From an uncultured Bacteroidota bacterium (GTDB taxonomy: Bacteria; Bacteroidota; Bacteroidia; Bacteroidales; DTGW01), in NCBI GenBank assembly GCA_963701015.1, contig OY969556.1, positions 4,336,868 to 4,400,867 of the forward strand: DNA of 64,000 nt. Direction: 5' to 3'. The notes under the pieces were generated by a model. It was not told the origin of the DNA. It ran no database searches and was given only the letters and a program-made list of their open reading frames with translations. A program made the position numbers and the translations under genes. Positions 27,459-38,500 of this stretch are shown here, piece after piece (the first letter of the stretch is position 1; each line of letters starts with the position of its first letter).

Positions 27459-27679
27459 AAAAAATGTATTATTATTTAAAATTAACCTGCCCAATTTACA
27501 CGGATAATTGCAAATCATTAATATTTGTCCTGATGTCTTTGGACAAGATAATTAGTTTTTTGTGTTAATTCTATATTAAAAAACAAAGGTTACAGCAAAA
27601 ATATATTTTTATAATAAGTTAAAAATCAATTTATTTTGAATGATTAACAAAGCGAAACCAACTATGCCTATACATTTTT

Positions 27680-28114
27680 TCACCGTTTCTTTTTAAAAAA
27701 TTCGCGCATCAAAGCAGCGCATTCATTTTCAAGGACACCAAATACAACCTGTGTTTTAGGATGAAGAAGTGGTTGGTTTATTAACGTAAATCCACGTTTT
27801 GGATCAATAGTTCCAACAACAATTCTCGATATTTGTACCCAAAATGATGCCCCGGCACACATTATACAAGGTTCAACAGTAACATACAAAGTGCAATTGG
27901 TTAAATATTTTCCACCAATATCGTTGGTTGCAGCAGTAAATGCTTGCATTTCAGCATGGGCTGTAACATCGTTTAGCGTTTCAGTTAAATTATGCGCACG
28001 TGCAATTATTTTATTGTTGCTTACAATTACTGCGCCTACGGGTACTTCATCCTTCTCGAAAGCTTTGTTCGCTTCCTTTAAGGCTTCTTTCATAAAGAAT
28101 TCATCGGAAAACAT
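27680..28114 (-). CDS. tadA: tRNA adenosine(34) deaminase
   Basis: HAEMQAF and VTVEPCIMCAGA zinc-binding motifs, 144 aa. Confidence 0.9.
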   Translation of the reverse strand: MFSDEFFMKEALKEANKAFEKDEVPVGAVIVSNNKIIARAHNLTETLNDVTAHAEMQAFTAATNDIGGKYLTNCTLYVTVEPCIMCAGASFWVQISRIVVGTIDPKRGFTLINQPLLHPKTQVVFGVLENECAALMREFFKKKR

Positions 28115-28228
28115 ATCACCATAATTTTGTGTTGAAAGTTAAAAGGTTTTTTTCAGGTTATTAATCCTATCAAAAAATATTTTGTTGTTATATCTAGAAA
28201 TTTATTCGGCAGAATTAAAGTTTATATT

Positions 28229-28236
28229 TAGTTTTG
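28229..28236 (+). promoter_or_regulatory. candidate -7 promoter box (TAGTTTTG)
   Basis: Fits TAnnTTTG and lies 10 nt upstream of the ispG ATG. No convincing -33 element. Confidence 0.3.
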
Positions 28237-28246
28237 AGAATCTTTT

Positions 28247-30138
28247 ATGGAAAGAATGGATTATAAATACTGCAATAACCTTTTAGCCTATTCAAGGTTC
28301 TTAACTAGAGAAGTCAATATTGGAGGTGTAAAGTTGGGTGGGAATCAACCTGTCAGAATCCAAAGCATGACAAATACTCCTACCATGGATACTCAAGCCA
28401 CTGTTGAGCAATGTATTCGAATTATTAATGCAGGTGCCGATTTGGTGCGTATAACAGCTCCCGGCTTACGTGAAGCTGAAAACTTAGCTAATATCAAATC
28501 GCTGTTACTTAAAAAAGGTTATAATACACCTTTAATTGCTGATATTCACTATAATCCTAAAGCAGCTGAAGTTGCAGCTAAAATTGTTGAAAAAGTAAGG
28601 ATAAACCCTGGAAATTATACTGACAAAAAGAAGTTTGAGAAGCTTGATTTTACAGACCTAGAATATAAATTGGAACTTGAAAAGGTTCATGAAAAGTTAT
28701 TGCCATTATTAAAAATTTGCCAAATACATGGCACAGTTATTCGCATCGGGGTTAATCATGGTTCGTTGAGTGACAGGCTTATGAGCCGATATGGTGATAA
28801 CCCAATAGGTATGGTTGAGTCGGCTATGGAATTTCTTAGAATTTGCAGTGCCGAAAATTTTCACAATTTGGTTATCTCATTAAAATCGAGTAACACAAGG
28901 GTAATGGTGCAGGCATATCGATTGCTCGTGAATTCGATGATTTCCGAGAACATGAATTATCCATTGCATTTAGGAGTCACAGAAGCTGGTGATGGCGAAG
29001 ATGGCCGCATTAAATCTGCTGTTGGTATTGGATCGTTGTTAGCTGATGGAATTGGCGATACTATTCGTGTTTCGTTAACTGAAAAGCCTGAAGCTGAAGT
29101 GCCAGTTGCAAAAACCTTGATCGATTATTTTTCAAACAGAAAAGAAAACGAAAAAATTGATGGATTTGATATTCAAGTTAAAAACCCATTTGAATACCAA
29201 AAGAGGGAAACAATCGCAGTGGATAAACTTGGTGGAAAAAATCTTCCACAAGTTATCGTTGACTGGGATGAAAATATAAAAGATGAAAATTTACATCAAA
29301 GTACGGTTCCTGATTATTTCTATTTAAACCCGAATATCCCGTTAAATCTACTTCCAGAAAAATATTATTATATTTTAAATCTTCATGATTGGTTTAAAAA
29401 AGCCAAGGAATCGCCCAATATCTTTCCCGTTTATACCGATGCCCAATTCATTTTTTATGGACCAAAGCACAAAATTTTAAATTTTGTTATTGTTTCAAAT
29501 TCCGATGCAACCGATAAATTCTTTGAGTCGATTGAAAACAAAACTAATGTTGTAATTATATTAGAAACATTTAATTCAAATGGAATTGCCGACCAACGCG
29601 CATTCCTGTATCAGTTGCTTATTCGAAATATAAAGTTACCGATAATCACCAATCGCAATTATAGCGAAGATGATTTGGAAACGTTACAATTAAAATCGTC
29701 ATCAGATTTAGGTATTTTCTTTGTTGATGGGTTTAGCGATGGTATCTGGCTAAGAAATGCCGGGCAAATCGAAAGCCTTGAAATTATTAATACAAGTTTT
29801 GGTATTTTACAGGCAAGCAGGGTTCGGATGTCAAAAACCGAATATATATCATGCCCTTCATGTGGAAGGACTTTGTTCGACTTACAAACAACAACTGCAC
29901 TAATTAAAGAAAAAACCAATCATTTACGGCATCTTAAAATTGGTATAATGGGCTGTATAGTGAATGGCCTGGCGAAATGGCCGATGCTGATTATGGTTTT
30001 GTTGGTGCAGGTGCCGGCAAAATTACTTTATATAAAAGCAAACAGGTTATTAAACGTGAGATTCCTTCAGGAAATGCTGTTGATGAACTTATTCAAATAA
30101 TAAAAGAGAATGGGGATTGGTTGGAACCAGAAAATTAA
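28247..30138 (+). pseudogene. ispG: 4-hydroxy-3-methylbut-2-en-1-yl diphosphate synthase (long form with insert domain), interrupted by a 1-nt deletion near 29968
   Basis: The TIM-barrel N-domain, a ~270-aa insert and SCPSCGRT are in frame. After GCIVNG the frame is lost. Shifting by one base at GGC-C(C)T restores [25 protein letters not shown]...GDWLEPEN, with the stop at 30136-30138. Confidence 0.85.
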
Positions 30139-30211
30139 ACATAATTCGAAATATTTTTTCAATAAATTTGAATTAAATTAACTGATATACTAAGAAATTA
30201 AATTGTTTAGA

Positions 30212-31187
30212 ATGAAAAAGGTTATTGGAATTGGAAATGCTCTTGTTGACGTTTTAGTGAAGCTTGAAAATGAGTCGTTTTTAGCTCAGAATAATTTGCC
30301 GAAAGGCTCCATGCAATTGGTTGACAAGGATGTTGCCGGGCTATTGTTAAAATCGTTGGGGAGCATTAAAACCCAATTAGCTTCAGGAGGTTCAGCAGCC
30401 AATACAATACATGGCTTAGCTAAATTAGGTGCATCATCAGCCTATGTTGGCAAAATTGGAGAAGATGATTTTGGGAACATTTTTTCAACCGATTTGCAAA
30501 ACAATTCAATACAGCCGTTTTTATTTAAAAGTAATACGGAAACCGGAAGGGCGTTGACTTTTATTAGCAACGATTCTGAAAGTGCACTTTGCGACTTATT
30601 TAGGAGCTGCGGTTGAATTAAGTGCCGATGATATAACAGATTCAATTTTCAAAGGTTTTGATATTCTTCATTTAGAAGGCTATCTGGTTTTTAATCATAG
30701 TTTGGTTGAAAAAGCTATACTTGTCGCAAAACGCAATGGCCTTAAAGTTTCAATGGATTTGGCCAGTTTTAATATAGTGGAAGCTAATTTGGATTTTTTA
30801 AAGGGAATTATTATATCGTCCGTTGACATTGTTTTTGCAAATGAAGAAGAATCAAAAGCCTTAACGGGTGAATTGCCTGAAAAATCATTGGATATAATTG
30901 CCGAAATGTGCGAAATAGCTGTGGTTAAGATTGGTTCGAAAGGCTCAATGGTTAAACGTGGAAATGAAATGGTAAAAGTTGATGCTATAAAAGCCAATGC
31001 TATTGATACAACTGGTGCTGGCGATTTATTCGCATCGGGGTTTATATATGGTTTAATACAAGGTTGGTCACTTGAAAAATGTGCTAAGTTAGGTGCTTTA
31101 ACGGCAGGAAAAGTAGTTGAAACTATTGGTGCAAAAATTTCACCAACTGTTTGGCAAGAAATAAATATAACTAAAAATGCAATTTAA
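30212..31187 (+). pseudogene. PfkB family carbohydrate/nucleoside kinase, interrupted by a 1-nt insertion near 30579-30581
   Basis: The N-terminal half (GIGNALVD, GGSAANT ... FISNDSE) and the C-terminal half (HFATYLGAAVEL ... DTTGAGDLFASGF) sit in adjacent frames. Removing one A from GAAAG joins them. Confidence 0.8.
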
Positions 31188-32460
31188 TATTCAGGAAATA
31201 TTTAACAATGTTCCGAAAGAGTTTATCAACTTTGTTCTGGTCACTGTTTTTTCCTTGATTATTGGGTTGTCGCAACGTAAAATTCATCAAACTACTGAAG
31301 AGCATCAGTTAATTGGAACCGACCGCACTTTCACTTTTATTGGCATTTTGGGCTATATATTGCTCATTGCCGACCCGGTTGGTAAACGCTTATTCCTTGG
31401 TGGTGGCGCAGTTATAGCAGCATTTTTATTGGTTTACTATTTTTTTAAAATACAAAAGTCATCAGGTTATGGGTTAACAACAATTTTAATAGCCTTAATT
31501 ACTTATTGCATTTCGTTGTTATTAATTACACAGCCATTCTGGTTATTCCTTTTGGTTTTGGTAACTGTTCTAATTTTTACTGAAATGAAGGAAACTTTTA
31601 CATCGGTTTCCGAGAAAATTGACCGGCGCGAGTTTGTTACCCTGGCAAAATTCCTTATAATGGCAGGACTTATACTGCCAATTGTTCCTGATAAAGTTAT
31701 AGTTTCTGCAATACCTGTAACTCCGTTTCATATATGGTTGGCAGTAGTTGTAATTTCTTCCGTAAGTTATATAAGTTATTTACTTAAAAAATTTGTATTT
31801 AAAGATGCCGGAATAGTTATATCGGGTATTCTTGGCGGATTATATTCAAGTACTGCAACCACTGTAGTATTGTCACGTAAACTTAGAGATGATAATAAGG
31901 GTAAAAAGCAATATTTGGCAGCCATTATTTTGGCTACCTGCATGATGTATTTTCGGGTTTTGATTCTTGTTTTTGTTTTCAGCAAAACGCTTTTTAGTTA
32001 TACATTGCCAGTATTTTTAATTTTAATAGCTGTTAGTGCTCTAACAGCTGGAGTTCTGATATTTAAATCAAAAAATGAAAAATTTGATACTACGGTTGAA
32101 ATGGATGCCGATAAAAACCCACTGGAGTTTAAGGCAGCCATTATATTTACACTTATATTCGTATTATTTTCATTTCTAACCCAGTATTCACTGAACCGAT
32201 ATGGACATTCGGGATTAAATGGACTGTCATTAATTGTTGGGGTAGTGGATATTGATCCGTTTTTGTTGAATATATTCCAGGGAAAATTTGATGTTTCATT
32301 ACATTTTTTGGCATTAGCATCTTTTCAAGCTATTATAAGTAACAATGCTGCAAAAGCTGCTTATGCATGTTTTTTCTCTGGGAAAAAATATTGGATTCCG
32401 ATAATTATTATGTTTTCAATTATTATATCAGTAAATATTATTCTATTATTTTTCTTATAG
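31177..32460 (+). CDS. MgtC/SapB-like N-terminal domain plus DUF4010-type polytopic membrane protein
   Basis: 427 aa with ~12 TM. The N-terminal LIIGLSQRKIH...GTDRTFTFIGILG resembles the MgtC motif. It overlaps the kinase gene's end by 11 nt. Confidence 0.6.
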   Translation: MQFNIQEIFNNVPKEFINFVLVTVFSLIIGLSQRKIHQTTEEHQLIGTDRTFTFIGILGYILLIADPVGKRLFLGGGAVIAAFLLVYYFFKIQKSSGYGLTTILIALITYCISLLLITQPFWLFLLVLVTVLIFTEMKETFTSVSEKIDRREFVTLAKFLIMAGLILPIVPDKVIVSAIPVTPFHIWLAVVVISSVSYISYLLKKFVFKDAGIVISGILGGLYSSTATTVVLSRKLRDDNKGKKQYLAAIILATCMMYFRVLILVFVFSKTLFSYTLPVFLILIAVSALTAGVLIFKSKNEKFDTTVEMDADKNPLEFKAAIIFTLIFVLFSFLTQYSLNRYGHSGLNGLSLIVGVVDIDPFLLNIFQGKFDVSLHFLALASFQAIISNNAAKAAYACFFSGKKYWIPIIIMFSIIISVNIILLFFL

Positions 32461-32471
32461 ACAAAATAAAA

Positions 32472-32503
32472 AAACCTTTCGGAGTATTAATTCCGAAAGG
32501 TTT
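32472..32503. terminator. bidirectional intrinsic terminator between convergent genes
   Basis: 12-bp perfect stem aaacctttcgga / tccgaaaggttt with an 8-nt loop. It has an A-run on one side and a T-rich tract on the other. Confidence 0.75.
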
Positions 32504-32526
32504 CATTTATAAGAACTTTGTAATGT

Positions 32527-35500
32527 CTATTTTTTAATTATCATTTGTTTATAGGTATATCCGTTGGAAGTTTTTAATTGCAATATATATGCACCACTCT
32601 GTAACGATGTAGCATCAAGTATATAGCTCTTTTGACCCGAAGATAAATTCCCTTCAAAAATATTCATAACCGGTTTGCCTACTAGGTCATAAATACGAAT
32701 ACTTATACCGGTGTTATCCAACAATTGATAGGTTATTTCAAACTTGGCTTCAAATGGATTAGGATAAACATTTAAATCAACTACTTTATTTTCTGTAATT
32801 AATGAAGCTCCTTTTTGAACAGTTACTGTAGCAACACAAGTGTCGCTGTTTCCAGAATAGTCTGTAACTACAAGTTTTACATTGTTTTTCCCAATATTAG
32901 CCGTGGTAAAACTCGAATTATTTATAATCATTGTACTTAATCCACAATTGTCCGTACTTCCATTATTAATAGTATCAGGCATAATAGAAGCTCTTCCGGA
33001 TGAATTTAAAGTAATGGTTACATTTTTACATGAAGCAACAGGTTTTATATTATCCGAAGTACAAAGCGAAGTAGTCGAAATTATCTCACAACCTTGGGCA
33101 ACCTTACCAGTAATTTGATCGGAGTCTGTTAGGCAAACTTCATAATATCCTGCATATTGATATATATGAGTCGGAGATGTACTTGTAGTATCGGTAGCAG
33201 TGGAATCGCCAAAATCCCAACGCAAACGGGCATGATCGCCAACTCCCGCACCTGTGAAATCAACAGGATAGCCATCGGCTTTTGAATTAACGTCTTTCGG
33301 ATCATAACCAAAGGAAACTGCAAAAGTGTCTTTCTTATTTACATTTAATAAATTGTAATGTTTGTTATTACAACCAGTAGCTGAATTTTTAACTTGTAAT
33401 GAAACAAGATATAATTTTGGGACTTTATATAAATGGCTTGTGTTCTGAATATTTAAAGTATCGCCGTCTCCAAAATTCCAAATATATGTTTTAATTATAC
33501 CTTGCGATGTACTGACGAAATTAACATTTTGTGATATAGGATTGATATTATATTGAAAATCTGAAAAGCAATTAACTTCTGCATTAGCTGCAACTTCAAT
33601 TTTCTTGCAACTTTGGTTTATTATACCGAAATTATTGCCTACGGTTAAGCAAACATTAAAATATCCAGAAGTGTTATAGATATGCGATGGGCTTTTTTGA
33701 ACTGAAGGAACACTTCCGTCGCCAAAGTTCCATATCCTTTTATTGATTAAACCAATTGAATTGTCTATGAAATTCACGTTTTTAGTTGTAGAATCTGCAA
33801 TATAAATAAAATCGGCACTACAATCCCTGGCAAGCTTACCTATAAGTACTCTTTGTTGTTTATTATCCATACATTTTGCAATTGAGTCATAAACGGTAAG
33901 CTGAACATTATAATATCCGGGAGCAGCAAATGTATGAAGAGGGTTCGCATTTGTTGATGTTTTTCCATCGCCAAAAATCCAATAGAAATGGGTGGTATTG
34001 TTCAAAGCCCGGCTTGCAAAATAACCGGTAGATGAGGTAGAGTCAATATACCAATTAAATTGAGCACTACATACTACTGTACCAACCTGTATAGTTCTAA
34101 CAACATTATCATAACAACTCCCATTATTGTTTGACGTTGTTAATGAAATTGTATAGGTTCCGGGCGAAGTAAAGGTATGAGAAGGGTTCTGCAATTTCGA
34201 TTGGTTTCCGTCGCCGAACAACCAAAAGTAATTAGCAGCATTATTTGAGGCATTCGTAAATGTAACACTTAATGTTACTGGATCTACCACATAGGAGAAA
34301 TCGGCATGACAAGTTGGGTTTCCGACTTTTATTAATTGGTCATATTCGTCAATACAACTATCGGCTTTAATACTAAGCTTAACCAAATAATAACCAGCAG
34401 AAGAATATAAATGTTTTGGATTTACAACCAATGATGTGTTGCCATCGCCAAAGTCCCATGAACTAAGCTTATAACTGCCTGAAGATAAATTGGTAAATTT
34501 TGCAAGATTATTAATAAGGTTAGTTGTATCAACATTGAACATTGCAGAAAGCTGGCACTTTGGAACTCCAATGATGATTGATTTACAGGTGTCAGAGGCC
34601 AGCCCTGATGAGCCTGAAAAAACATTCAAACAAACATTATATAATCCGGAAGTTGTATATATATGCGATATTGAATCTTTAGTTGTACTATATGATCCAT
34701 CGCCAAATGTCCAATACCACTTGGTTATAGGTGTATTACGTGTACCGGAAAAGTAAAACGATTTTGATAAAGTAGTATTTGAGGATATGTTAAAATTAGC
34801 TGCAATTGAAGGTATTAAAGGCTTTACTGTTAATAAAAGAGTATCGGAAGAAGAACAATTTTTGACCGTTGAACCAGTAACAACATATTGAGTAGTGTTT
34901 ATAGGTGAAACATTTTTTGATGTTCCTGTATTCAATGAATTATTCCATGTATAAGTAGTTGCATTACCTGAAGATATTGTTAGCATAGCTGTATCTCCCG
35001 CAAAAATTGTCAATTTATTTGCCGTAAGTGAAAAAACTGGAATAGGGTTAACTAAAGCTTTAACAGTATCCCTGGCAGAACTGCAATTACCTGATTTTGC
35101 TTCGACAAAATAATTGGCAGAAGAAGAGATTACCGAAGTATTATATGTATTTCCCGAGCTTAATAATGTACCTCCGGTTGAAGTATTATACCAATTGATT
35201 GTACCCGTATCTGATTTTGCTTTTAATGTAAGAGAACCACTTCCACAAACAGAATCGGAAGTTGTGCTTAAAATAGAAGGTGTACTGTTAATAGTTGCTG
35301 TGACTGGTTCAATAGCAAAACAACCTTTAGCAGTAGTACCTTTTACAAAATACTTTCCATTGCTGGCAGTTGATGGATTTGCATATGAAGTTGTTGCAGA
35401 TGTATCAGTCCAATATGTGTAAGTTAATCCGGCGGTTGATCCAGAAGTAACATTTGCAGCAGTTAAGTCAACAAATGTAGGCGAACAAACAGCGGCAGGA

Positions 35501-38500
35501 CTGTTGATTACTAGATTAGGCGTTGGGTCAATAGTTGCTGTGACTGGTTCAATTGCAAAACAACCTTTAGCAGTGGTACCTTTTACAAAATACTTTCCAA
35601 TTCCTGCAGATGCAGGTGTTGCAAACGAATTTGTTGTTGCAGTATCAGTCCAATAGGTATAGGTTAAACCTGTGGTTGAGCCGGATTTTATTGCTGTATC
35701 AGTTAAATTGACGGTTCCAGGCGAACAAACTGCTGCCGGGTTTGTAATATTAAGAGCAGGCGTTGGATTAATAGTTGCTATGACTGGTTCAATCGCTAAA
35801 CAACCCTTAGCAGTAGTCCCTTTTATAAAGTACTTTCCATTTCCGGCAGTTGCAGGTGTTGTATATGAATTTGTTATTGCAGTATCAGTCCAATATGTAT
35901 AAACTAAGCCATTGGTAGAACCAGCTTTAATTGTTGTATCCGTTAAATTAATGGTTCCAGGGGAACAAACTGCAGCAGGGTTTGTAATAATGAGAGTGGG
36001 CGTCGGGTTAATAGTTGCTATGACTGGTTCAATCGCAAAACAACCCTTAGCAGTAGTACCTTTTATAAAGTACTTTCCATTTCCGGCAGTTGCAGGTGTT
36101 GCATATGAACTAGTTGTTGCACTATCAGTCCAATAGGTATAAATTAATCCGGTGGTTGAGCCAGATTTAATTGTTGTATCTGTTAAATTAATGGTTCCAG
36201 GGGAACAAACTGCAGCAGGGTTTGTAATAATGAGAGTGGGAGTCGGGTTAACAGTTGCAGTTACCGGTTTAATAGCAAAACAACCTTTTGAAGTAGTGCC
36301 TTTAATAAAATACTTTCCATTTCCTGCAGATGCAGGTGCTGCATATGAATTTGATGCAGTGGTATCATTCCAATAAGTATAAGTTAAGCCTGAGGTAGAG
36401 CCAGCTTTAATTGTTGTATCAGTCAAATTAACTGTTCCAGGAGAACAAATAGGGCTTGGATTGTTGATATTTAATACTGGATTTGGATTAACAATAGCAC
36501 TCACTGAAACACGTTGTGAAGGGCAGAAACCTGATTTTGATTCAGCATAATATTGAGTTGTTGTAGAAATAACCGGAGTATTATAAATACTATCTGTACC
36601 TAAGACAATAGTACTTGAAGTTGTAGCAAACCAGTTAATTGTGCCAGATTTGGTAGTTGCTTTTATTGCAACAGAACCTGAACCGCAAATAGAATCATTC
36701 GAAACTATTGGAACTGCAGGAAACGAATTACAAATTGTAAAAGGTGTTTTATTATAATCGCTATAGGCATTGTCAAAAGATGAAGTATCATATGATGAAG
36801 TAGATATTGCAAAGTGGCAATTATTATTTGCTGAATAAGATGAATCAACTTGAAATGTAATTGTATGAATACCCAATGAACTCGAAAGAGTATCCTGGTT
36901 TTGTATCCAGTAATTATTCAGCTTACTATATAAATATAAGGTTGAACCAGGTGATTGATTTACATTGTAAACAACTTGAATAGTATCGCCGGTTTTATAA
37001 TCTTCTCCGCCGGTTGGATGCAAAATCGAGATTACCGGTGAATGCATTGAAAAAGTATCGGAAATGAATACTGTAGAATTGTTATCTGATTCATTCGTTA
37101 ATCTTAATTTGTAGCTATAAGTAGCAGTAGTACCTGTTGGTGTATTCCAATAATAAGTTGATGAACTAGAAGCACCTACCGATAAACTATCTATAATAGG
37201 TTTCCAGGAATTGGCAATACTATCAAAATATTCAAGTTTTGCCATGTCAATATCATTACTATTCCATTTTATTAGGAATGAACTGTTATATTTTATTTGC
37301 TCTCCTTTCGTAGGATAGAAGAAATAACAGTTAGGATTATTACCAATTATTCTAATACTATCTGAGTATGCATCGGAATATGTATTCCAACTATCTGTGG
37401 AATATTCAAAATAAATATAATCTAAGCCTCCGGTTGATAGTTGATTTGACACAGGCAAATAGTATGTACTATTACCTGTTGGTATGGTAACATTATCCTG
37501 ATCTAAATATGATAAAGTTTCATTTTCACCTCCAAATTCAATACTTAGGTTATACAATGTATCACCTGAATTATGAACAACAATTTGAATAGTGTCTCCT
37601 GCAAAAAATATTTGGTTCTTTAAAGGAGAAATAATACTTATTGGTGGAACAATAATACTAAATACATTACTAATGCCATATATGGATGAATCATTAGAAT
37701 CAACTATTTTAAGTAAATATTTTGTAGATTGGCTAATGTTATTTTTTGGAATATTCCAATTATATATAGTTCCTTCACTATACGAAATTATTGGGGTAAA
37801 ACTATTCCAATTTTGGCCACTATCAGAACTGTAGTAATAATTATAATATCCAGAAGTTTTGTTTGCATTGATAGTAAAACTTATATAATCACCTGGGTTT
37901 AAAGGTGTATTAGATGCTTTCAAATTTGCTATTTTTAAATTCGGGAAATCAGCAGTAGAAAAGGTGAAATTACTGCATTCTCCATTACCAAAGCCGGCTG
38001 AATTTTCACCATTTATATACAAATAATATGTATAGTTGGGCAATAAATTTTTCATTTGGAAAGAGTCCGTATTTGAATAATTTGTTGGGTAATTATTTTC
38101 AAACTGGTCACTCAGAGATATTTGGTAATTAGTGGAATGAATTTCGGGTTCCCAATGAAAGGTATAGTTTTTTGGAATATTTGTTTCGCTTACCTGTGGC
38201 GAATCAATTGTTATACAACCAGGCAAAGGTATAACAGCAAAAAGGCTATCAGAATACGCTATTTGTTCTAAATTGTGATTTGTATATACATATTTGAATT
38301 TGCATTGGTATGAACTATCAAATGGAAGTGTGAAATTAATATCGGTTGTATCCAATCCATTTAGAGTTGTTTCGGTTGTTACAATATCTAAACTATCTGT
38401 ATAACTCAAACCATTATTGGGTGAATAATATAGCATACCTTGATTAAAATCAAGTCCCTGATTATAAAATGAAACCGCAATAGATTGTCCGCCACCATTA

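Noticed and set aside
30582-31187. GTG-initiated 201-aa ORF as an independent gene
   Set aside because: It begins in the middle of a conserved PfkB motif (..FATYLGAA). It lacks the N-terminal substrate-binding half, which is encoded just upstream in another frame. It is the downstream part of a frameshifted gene.
17688-32503. Two terminator stems sharing the 9-mer aaacctttc (17688 and 32472) as copies of a repeat family
   Set aside because: Similarity does not extend beyond the 9-mer, and the loops and flanks differ. With only two instances, chance cannot be excluded.
35293-36492. Regular 240-bp repeats considered as a CRISPR array or a DGR template/variable-region pair
   Set aside because: The repeats are contiguous with no spacers. 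They are in frame within a long ORF and encode a folded-domain-like unit. No cas genes or reverse transcriptase are present in the window.
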